From assembly GCA_008632985.1 (NCBI GenBank), contig QPGO01000299.1, positions 50,082 to 70,081 of the forward strand: 20,000 nt of DNA. Direction: 5' to 3'. Below, one piece after another: positions 11,632 to 19,508 of this stretch; within the stretch, counting starts at the first letter, position 1; each line of letters begins with the position of its first letter. A program made the position numbers and the translations under genes. Below the pieces are notes generated by a model. The model was not told the DNA's origin and did not search any database. It was given only the letters and a program-made list of their open reading frames with translations. This DNA is from Psammoneis japonica (lineage: Eukaryota).

Positions 11632-11789
11632 TTACGGACCAGCGGTGTCGGGACAATCTAACGGATGTCTAGGACAGATGACAATCGTGTGCTAAAGTGA
11701 GCAAAGGAGAGATCATCGGATCTCTCCATGCTGTCTATGCTAGTCTGTCCGACACAAGGGAGTGCACTCCCCATCTTGGATGTCTGTCA
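11632..11789 (-). repeat. 3' LTR (158 bp)
   Basis: Direct repeat of 13945-14113 with an 11-bp indel and about 11 substituted bases. Confidence 0.95.
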
Positions 11790-11798
11790 CCCTCCCCT
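11790..11798 (-). other. Polypurine tract AGGGGAGGG
   Basis: CCCTCCCCT on the + strand directly abuts the 3' LTR. Confidence 0.85.
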
Positions 11799-12492
11799 GA
11801 TGAGCAATGCAATGCTCAACAAGAAAGAAAAAGATGATCCGAATAAAAAGAGAGGACCAGAACAGCAGGAATGAAGAGAAAGAACCAAAAGAAATGGCCA
11901 AGACTTGGTCCGTAAACACGACAACAATCAACGACAATGTCCCATCCCCAAACGACAAGCGGCTGTCGGGAATGAGAGGCATCCAACCACAGTCAGTGCA
12001 TCGGTCTTCGACAAAAAATGTCAAAGGTAGTTCCCAATAAATCTTTTTGGATAAATTGAGTCGTGCACCAAAGGATAATTTCTTCAATCCACAAATAATC
12101 GACGGCAATGGGACATTCTGGCGAGTCACAATGTTGCCAAAAAATGTCATCAGAAGAGATGGGGCCAAAAAATGGAAATCCACCATGGCAGATGATGCGG
12201 CGAAAATGAAGCAATGGCAATCCACCTGACAAACCAATGCTTCTACCACCATTTGTGTAGCCCCTGAAAAACATGTTGGGCAAACAAAATAGATCATAAA
12301 AGTCGCTCAACGTCGGAAGAACATTTTTTGATCAGGGGAGGGATTCCTGTGGCACAGAGGAAGCATGTCAGGCCATTGAGAACTCAATCTTTGACCAAGA
12401 CACCTTGCTTGATGATCATGTTTTGCACGCCGTGCGATGCTCACCTCACATCGGCAATGGTGGACAGGTCCGGAGTGCCGTGAAAAGTGCAA

Positions 12493-13740
12493 TTAGATGC
12501 GACAACGGTCCTGACAACAGAGGAAAGAGATGAAATAGCGGGAGGTGACGAGACTCGGTGGCCCTCTTTCAGGGTCACCCTGCTTCCATTGGTCTTGATC
12601 GGACAAGAGAAGGAATGGCAGCATCGTACATCCGAAATTAATGACGGCCGAACCAAAAATCCGAATTCGAATCTCAACTTGACAACCAACAAAGTGCTGG
12701 CGGCATCCATGTGTAACAGACCACGGCGGCGCATGGGTGGCAAGCAACTCGGGTGTAACCTTGACAACAGAGGATGGTCCATAACTGGGGTGAATGTGGC
12801 CATCTTTGTATGGAACAATAGAATGGCCAGAAACAAAAAACTTTGGGGTCTTGAGCAGGCAGGAGCAGAGTTCGGCAGGAAGTGCCACTGATTTGGCAGG
12901 GATTGCAAGGGATCCCGCATCAACATCTGTAGATTGCTCACCCACAGATTCCACAACAGACATGGTAGACTCGACATTCAAGGAATGAGCATCCATGGGG
13001 TCCATCCGAGTGTCCACAGTGAGTGCATCTGTAACATGACACACAACAGCAGTGTCAGTGTCACATGCAGCAGACCCAGTAACTGGGCACAACTTGGACT
13101 CAGCACATGCATGAGAACTCGAAGTGCTCTTCAATCCATTAGTCATGGCTTGCCCATGCTCGTTTGGACCAGGCAAATGAGTTGCTAAGGCCTTGGCAAA
13201 GTCTTCAGGAGCAGGACCTGTAGCAGCAACCGGTGGAGATACAGAACTTGAGGTTTGAGATGACTTTCCATGTGGAGCATCGGACATGTCGTCCCAACAT
13301 GCAAAAGATGGAAAATCCGGACGGAAGAAGAGAAATGTGGTCTCAACATAGACCGTCATGGTGTCGTGACCGTCTGAAATTGCCTTGATCATAGCCTTCT
13401 GAAGATTGGTGAGGTTTAGACGAATCGGAGAAGCTTCAGGAGCAGCTACAAAGAGAGGAGCTTTATCCATAATCGGACCAATCTGTGTAAGATCCTTAGT
13501 CAGTGTAGCCTTGGGGATGATGAGGTCATGAACGATCTTGTGACGGAGAGTGGCAACAGCATGGCTCTTGAGGCCTTGAGGAGTAAATCCATCCAGAAGT
13601 TCTTTGGGAGCAGGCATCTCGTCGGAATTAAGGACGTTCAGGTAATGATGGGCATCTGGTGAGAGATGCTGGGGGTTGAATGCAACCAGTGTCGACTTGA
13701 TCTTGGTCAAATCGAAGGCGTTTTGATTTTTGTTCACCAT
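12493..13740 (-). CDS. 415-aa ORF in the gag position of the non-autonomous element; function unrecognised, possibly decayed gag-like
   Basis: ACCATGG start about 200 bp downstream of the PBS, sense to the element. The frame continues past the TAA as 12307..12492. No CCHC knuckle recognised. Confidence 0.55.
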   Translation of the reverse strand: MVNKNQNAFDLTKIKSTLVAFNPQHLSPDAHHYLNVLNSDEMPAPKELLDGFTPQGLKSHAVATLRHKIVHDLIIPKATLTKDLTQIGPIMDKAPLFVAAPEASPIRLNLTNLQKAMIKAISDGHDTMTVYVETTFLFFRPDFPSFACWDDMSDAPHGKSSQTSSSVSPPVAATGPAPEDFAKALATHLPGPNEHGQAMTNGLKSTSSSHACAESKLCPVTGSAACDTDTAVVCHVTDALTVDTRMDPMDAHSLNVESTMSVVESVGEQSTDVDAGSLAIPAKSVALPAELCSCLLKTPKFFVSGHSIVPYKDGHIHPSYGPSSVVKVTPELLATHAPPWSVTHGCRQHFVGCQVEIRIRIFGSAVINFGCTMLPFLLLSDQDQWKQGDPERGPPSLVTSRYFISFLCCQDRCRI

Positions 13741-13934
13741 GGTTGCGCGGGAAAAAAAATCAAATTCCTGCGTAGAGCTCTGGTGTGTGTTCTACGGTGG
13801 TCGTTTGATCACAAATCAAGAGGTGAAAAAATAGCTGTGACAATGATGACGATTTCAACAAAGAAAAGGTCGCCAAAATCACACAACAGGCGTTGCAACA
13901 GAGGAGCACAGAGGAAGAAGAACAGCGCACTGCT

Positions 13935-13944
13935 GCTCATGACC
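13935..13944 (-). other. Primer-binding site GGTCATGAGC (GGTTATG-type, complementary to an internal part of tRNA-Met)
   Basis: Abuts the 5' LTR end; one substitution from GGTTATGAGC, similar to the half-tRNA-iMet PBS of Drosophila copia (GGTTATGGGC...). Confidence 0.7.
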
Positions 13945-14113
13945 TTTTGGACTAGCGGCATCGGGACAATCTAATGGATGTCTAGGACAGATGATAATCG
14001 TGTGCTAGATGAGAAAGAAAGTGAGCAAAGGAGAGATCATCGGATCTCTCCATGCTGTCTGTGCCAGTCCGTCCGACACAAGGGAGTGCACTCCCCATCT
14101 CGGATGTCTGTCA
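13945..14113 (-). repeat. 5' LTR (169 bp)
   Basis: Begins TGACAGACATCC on the minus strand at 14113; repeat of 11632-11789. Confidence 0.95.
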
Positions 14114-14118
14114 GAGAT

Positions 14119-15704
14119 CCGTTGGGTAAACTGTTGTCATTGTATTTGAATGTTTTGACATTGTCCAACATTGCTTCACCAGATGGCATGTCTGTTGACC
14201 AGTTTAAAATTGATGGCCAGCAGTCTCTTCACAGCAGCTGCTTGACTTTGAATCCCACCGAACAGTCTCGCCCATCTGCTGGGGCCTGGAAAGTGTGGCA
14301 TTGTGCATGTTCCTTTTTCTGCAAAGAGGATTTGTTGAAGTTAAGATGTCCATTGTGGCAGTGGGTGGTGCCGACCACCGAGATGCACATGTCCCACACA
14401 GCACACTATGAGCCTTCCAAAGAGCATCTCTGCATTTGCACAGATTCAGGTTTCCAGATGTTCCCTGTGTTCAATGGAAGCACTGCATCCAACAATGCTT
14501 TGGAGACTGTCCCTGACATCTCTCCTGCAGCTTCTCCAGTGTTGGTGACTGCCACCCACGCCAGTCATTGGCGAATCATTTCCCCTGCCACATTGGTTTC
14601 CCTGCCCTCCGCTCCTCTGGTTCCACAGGATTTCATGGACATGTTGCAATCTCTCCCCAAATGGGAGTCCATCTTGTTGTTTGATGATCTGACATTGCAC
14701 ATGTCCGTGTTTGAGATTGCAGACCTGATCGTCCATCATCATGCCTCTGTGGGCAGTGACGGATCAGTTCTGAATTTTTGGGGTGCATTTGGTTGGACAC
14801 TTGCAGTTGACCGCACTCCACTGGTGGATTGTGCCGGCCTGGTTTTTGGTTTTTGACTGTCATCTTATCAAGCCGAAGCATGCGGAATGTTGTTTTTCCT
14901 CCGTTTCCTGTTCCAGTTGTTGAAATGCTGTTGCAAAATGCTCTCCAAAGGTGTGGACATGTGCTGTGATGACTCCTCACTTGTGCGCAATGTTTCCAAT
15001 TTCCAGGATTGCCCCTGTCTGACCAACAATGAGGCAGTTCAAGGTGCCAGAGACCATCACCAGCAACATCACATTGCCAATGCTCCATCCGCAGTCTGGG
15101 ATGTCTTGCATGAAATTTTTCTTTCCATGCAACAAATTTTTGAAATGTCTCATGACAAGCAGCATGGCAACAAAGTTTCTGTCCACTGGGTCAAGGGACA
15201 CCAAGATGACACGACACCCACAGATTCCTTGACCTCACCAGCTTGGTTGAATGTTAGAGCCAACAGGCTGGCAGGATGGCACCAAGGTCATTGCTCCAGT
15301 GACACCCTTTTAGCCCCTCTCATGCCCCAATTGCAATGCCAACCTGATTGTCACTGGTGCCACAATGTCAGCCACCCCCCGGTTCTGGTTCTTCACATGA
15401 AAGACAAGCATGGCTGGTCTGACAAAATAATCTGTGAGTCAATCAATTGGGCAGCACATGCCAAACCAATGTCTCAAAACATCCGTCGGAAAGTCAGCAC
15501 AGTTAAACTGGTGCAGGAACTTCTCCCCACAAACAAAATTGTCCACCGTTGCAACCCCACTTGCCTTGATTGCTGCACTCACTGTCAAGATCCAATGGAG
15601 GACAGAGACCACATTCTACATTGTCTGCACAATGAAGCATGGTGCCAAAAATTTCTGCAAGGCCTGCCCAAGAAGTGTGATGACATCCACACATCACTGT
15701 CCTT
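14119..15704 (+). pseudogene. LINE ORF2 part 2: post-RT region, RNase H, Zn finger (copy A), truncated near 15704
   Basis: LYLNVLTLSNIASPDG, SDGSV..GAFGW, AEACGML, HWVKGHQDD, EDRDHILHC; in-frame TGA at 14854-14856. Confidence 0.9.
14690..15704 (+). repeat. ~1015-bp direct repeat, copy A (copy B at 16145-17159)
   Basis: Ungapped match at offset 1455; roughly 20 mismatches by eye. Confidence 0.97.
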
Positions 15705-16144
15705 TTTTTTACACCGGCCTGAGTTTTTTGTTTTTGTTTTTGTTTTTGTTTGCATGTGCTGTGCCTTCACTTGCAACTGCACTGGCTTCAAAAAAGATTA
15801 GACACACCCTCCTTTTCTCCAGCAATGCTGGAGTTTTTCGGAGAGGACCCAAAGCGTGCTTCAGGATCTAGAGATCCATTGCCATTGCGTTTTTCTACTT
15901 CTTTTTCCGTGACGTCTTGAATCTTTCTGAATCTTCAACAGCCAATGACGTCAGATGCATTGACAGCCGTTGAAAGATCTTTTTTCGATCTTTTTTGTCG
16001 ATTTTTTTAGCTCGGAAAACAGCCTGCGGCACTGATGAGTGAAAGCGAAAGCTCACATCATCAAGCTTTGCACGCTAGGCAACTCTCTAATGGGATTGCT
16101 GTCATGCCAAAGGTTGTCTGTACATTAGACAACCCCGACACCAG
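15705..16144. other. 440-bp non-LINE insert between the duplicated segments
   Basis: Starts with a T run and (TTTTTG)n at 15724-15751; retains CpG and TpA; contains the inverted repeat CTCCAGCA-A-TGCTGGAG (15817-15833) and two TGACGTC motifs; no convincing ORF. Confidence 0.7.
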
Positions 16145-17740
16145 TGACATTGCACATGTCCGTGTTTGAGATTGCAGACCTGATCGTCCATCATCATGCC
16201 TCTGTGGGCAGTGACGGATCAGTTCTGAATTTTTGGGGTGCATTTGGTTGGACACTTGCAGTTGACCGCACTCCACTGGTGGATTGTGCCGGCCTGGTTT
16301 TTGGTTTTTGACCATCATCTTATCAAGCCGAAGCATGCGGAATGTTGTTTTTCCTCCTTTTCCTGTTCCAATTGTTGAAATGCTGTTGCAAAATGCTCTC
16401 CAAAGGTGTGGACATGTGCTGTGATGACTCCTCACTTGTGCACAATGTTTCCAATTTCCAGGATTGCCCCTGTCTGACCAACGATGAGGCAGTTCAAGGT
16501 GCCAGAGACCATCACTGGCAACATCACATTGCCAATGCTCCATCCGCAGTCTGGGACGTCTTGCATGAAATTTTTCTTTCCATGCAACAAATTTTTGAAA
16601 TGTCTCATGACAAGCAGCATGGCAACAAAGTTTCTGTCCACTGGGTCAAGGGACACCAAGATGACACGACACCCACAGATTCCTTGACCTCACCAGCTTG
16701 GTTGAATGTTAGAGCCGACAGGCTGGCAGGATGGCACCAAGGTCATTGCTCCAGTGACACCCTTTTAGCCCCTCTCATGCCCCAATTGCAATGCCAACCT
16801 GATTGTCACTGGTGCCACAATGTCAGCCACCCCCCGGTTCTGGTTCTTCACATGAAAGACAAGCATGGCTGGTCTGACAAAGCAATCTGTGAGTCAATCA
16901 ATTGGGCAGCACATGCCAAACCAATGTCTCAAAACATCCGCCGGAAAGTCAGCACAGTTAAACTGGTGCAGGAACTTCTCCCCACAAACAAAATTGTCCA
17001 CCGTTGCAACCCCACTTGCCCCGATTGCTGCACTCACTGTGAAGATCCAATGGAGGACAGAGACCACATTCTACATTGTCTGCACAATGAAGCATGGTGC
17101 CAAAAATTTCTACAAAGCCTGCACAAGAAGTGTGATGACATCCACACATCACAGTCCTTGCAAGATTTGATTCTTTCTGCCATGGAGTCATGGGCCCGGG
17201 GGGAGTTGCTTTGCGCCAAGGATCTTCACTGCAGTGTGGTGTCAGTTTTCCAGTCTCAGGAGCAAATCGGATGGCGTCAACCATCAAATGGATGTTTCTC
17301 CAAAGATTGGAACGTGACTCAAACATCGTATCTTTTAACAAGTTGCACTTGCCAGAACCTTTCTGACCATGAGAAGTGACTGGATTGGGCAGCTGCAATT
17401 GGCGCAATTGTGTTTGGGAGCAGTGGTGGGAGCCATGGGACAACCACAATGATGTAGTCCATGGGCATGATGAAGAAACCAGGCAGTCCTCCCAGCATTG
17501 GGATGCCAAGGCGGAGGTAAAAGCTGTGTGCTTGAAGTCAGATGAGTGCCTGGTGAGAGACAGGGAGCATCTGTTGGATTTGGTTGAAGAGCACTTGACA
17601 CATTCTACACATCGTCTCCACAATTGGTTGGCTGTGGTTAGGCCAATGTTCAAATCAAACATTTGAGAAGCTAAACAGTTTGCTGCCAGAGGTGCGAGAA
17701 CCATTGCAAGTTATTTTGGTGCATCATCACCCTCAGGCTA
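16145..17740 (+). pseudogene. LINE ORF2 part 3: duplicated RNase H and Zn finger (copy B) continuing to the C-terminus
   Basis: ORFs 16342..17379 and 17376..17666, then read-through to the TAG at 17738-17740. Confidence 0.9.
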
Positions 17741-18114
17741 GTCCCTGTGTGCTTTTGGTGCACTGTCAGTGTGCTGGGGGGTGGGGGTGGGTTGGCTTGT
17801 TGCCAGAGTTGCAGGGTGGAAGTGTGGCAGCACTTTAAATGTAGAAGTTTGGTTTTGTTTTGTGTTTTTGTGTTGTAATTGCTGATGGATGTTGCCAGAA
17901 CACACCAACTTGAAACACTCTTGGCTCTGTCTGACATGTCATTCCCAGTTGAGATTTTCTCCGATTGCGATGGAAAGTGGCAGTTTCTCCTGCACAGATC
18001 AAAACTGAATGTGGAATCTCCTCTTCCTCTTCCTGATTTACTTTTCTACGCAAGCACCCATTGACAGTTTCTACGTGGAATTCTGCGTGAATTTTGCACC
18101 GAAAACTCGTCACC

Positions 18115-19232
18115 ATGACGAATTTTCTGCCGCAGCAGGCTGGCCCCACCGGTGAGTCTCCCCTGAGTCCTCCCCCTGACAAGGACACTGCTCCATCCAC
18201 TCCAACCAGAACTGGATCGAGAAAGCCCAAAAGCTCTACGTTAAAAGAAATTGCCATCCGTTTTGAACTCACCTCTTCCAACGACAATGCATCCATGGTG
18301 TTGGCAATGGGCCATGCTGCGATTCTGAATGCCCTTCAACAGAAAGCTTCCCAAGATCCTTTGATGAACAAGATGACAATTGTGTTTAATTGTGGCCTAA
18401 AAATGCCCGAAATCAATGTTGTTGAGTGGACTTCTGGCTCACTCATTCTCAACACTTCGTTGTGCACCGCATTGGAGGTTCCCGCCGTCGCTCCCCCATG
18501 TTTGTGATTGCTCATCAAATCCATGCATCTCTGTCGATCGCTGATGTCAGGAAGATTCCCTTCATCAACAAAGTGCTAAAAGACCAGGGCATCCACATGT
18601 GCTGCCACAAATGGGACGAGACCATTGTGGACCTCACCTGAGTCACTCTTCCAGTTGACTTGCTCCCAAAGCATCATCCCGTTGATTTGGCTCAAAAACT
18701 GTTGATGGCCCTACTTCCTCAATGCAGCTGCTCAAAACTGCCTTTTTGCCTGATCATCCAGTCAGCTTCATCCCTGAACGACCCTTCTTTATGCACCAAT
18801 TTTTGTGCTGTCGAAACTCCCTGCGACCACACTAAAGAGATGATTTTTGCCTTGTTGGAAGTGTTGAAAGATCACCCCCCAGCACTTGTTCTATCCCATT
18901 GGCATCACTCTCAACCAGACGCCTTTGACAAAGCGGCAAGAAAACAACGAAAAACCAGTGTGCCAAGCTTCACGTCATTCCGTTGCTCTGTCATGTGGAG
19001 GCACTCTCCTTTTATTTGTCTGACACCATTAAAGCAGTTCAAGGAGTGATCAATGTTGTTCCATCCAAGAAGCTCTCTGCCATCCCCAGGTGCAACATTT
19101 TGGTGGATGAGGACTTTTTCCATCAAGCCAAACACTGCATTGCAGAACAAGCACCTTCCGGAATGGTTTCAGGCCATCACCGCAGATGCAGGTGTCCCAG
19201 AAAGCCAACCCAAACCAATGATCCCAGGCATC
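18115..19232 (+). pseudogene. Putative ORF1 of a second LINE (Ambal-like), frameshifted and cut by the copia LTR
   Basis: CACCATG start, Pro/Ser-rich N-terminus (SPPPDK), then IAHQIHASLSIADVRKIPFINKVLKDQGIHMCCHKWDE, AFDKAARKQ, FYLSDTIKAVQGVINVVPS...RCNILVDEDFF across ORFs 18094, 18426, 18660, 18983 and 19053. Pattern recalled from diatom LINE ORF1 proteins. Confidence 0.6.
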
Positions 19233-19508
19233 TGACAGAAATTGAAGGCAAATGGCAAGAATTCAAACAACAACTCCTTGCTGCTGTCTAAATGGCAGAT
19301 GAGTCTCCGCTCAGAGACCGTCACAGGAGCCGAAAGACGTGCAAGTCGGTATAATCGGGCTACTGTCATTGTTCTTGTGAGCCTTGTGGCTCGAAAGCAA
19401 ACTACATCGCGCGCAAACGCGCGGAACTAAAGCACACAAAACTGTGCACGGTGAACTAAACAGCGTGCGACATTTTGCGCGCACCTGAATCCTGTTCAAA
19501 TCCTGTCA
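19233..19508 (-). repeat. 3' LTR (276 bp), TGACAG...CTGTCA
   Basis: Perfect 6-bp terminal inverted repeat, starts right after the PPT, homologous to 4236-4472. Confidence 0.88.

Larger units (their letters stand above)
11632..14113 (-). mobile_element. Complete 2482-bp non-autonomous copia-type LTR retroelement nested in the LINE
   Basis: Two LTRs (11632-11789, 13945-14113); 5-bp TSD GAGAT at 11627-11631 and 14114-14118; PBS-like GGTCATGAGC next to the 5' LTR; PPT AGGGGAGGG next to the 3' LTR. Excision restores the LINE reading FTNQEIRWVNCC. No protease, integrase or RT motifs seen inside. Confidence 0.93.
8972..17740 (+). mobile_element. Decayed non-LTR retrotransposon ORF2 (Ambal-like LINE: APE end, RT, RNase H, Zn finger), 5'-truncated and interrupted twice
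   Basis: APE end CLNCVLAS...GCEAFG..ITSDHRACFVDFD..LFG (SDHR at 9056-9067). RT: WKESTSTS..SGLDLGHWK, VHTHEADFQL, CGSGQGSGNFP, GCIDN, LELPKCSF, KTLGHCKAPAG, LGGGGF. RNase H: SDGS..GAFGW, SSYQAEACGML, HWVKGHQDD, LNVRADRLA. Zn finger C-x2-C..EDRDHILHC. QEQIGW, WDNHNDVVHG; ends TIASYFGASSPSG-TAG at 17740. Confidence 0.9.

Noticed and set aside
15817..15838. Hairpin plus T run as a bacterial intrinsic terminator or Helitron 3' end
   Set aside because: Eukaryotic context, 1-nt loop, no upstream gene, and no CTRR at the insert boundary.
15712..16146. CACCGG...CCAGTG as CACTA-like terminal inverted repeats of the insert
   Set aside because: Only 5 of 6 bases match and there is no target-site duplication.
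14690..17159. The 1-kb direct repeats as LTRs of an element
   Set aside because: They are LINE coding sequence continuous with both flanks; no PBS, PPT or TSD was found.
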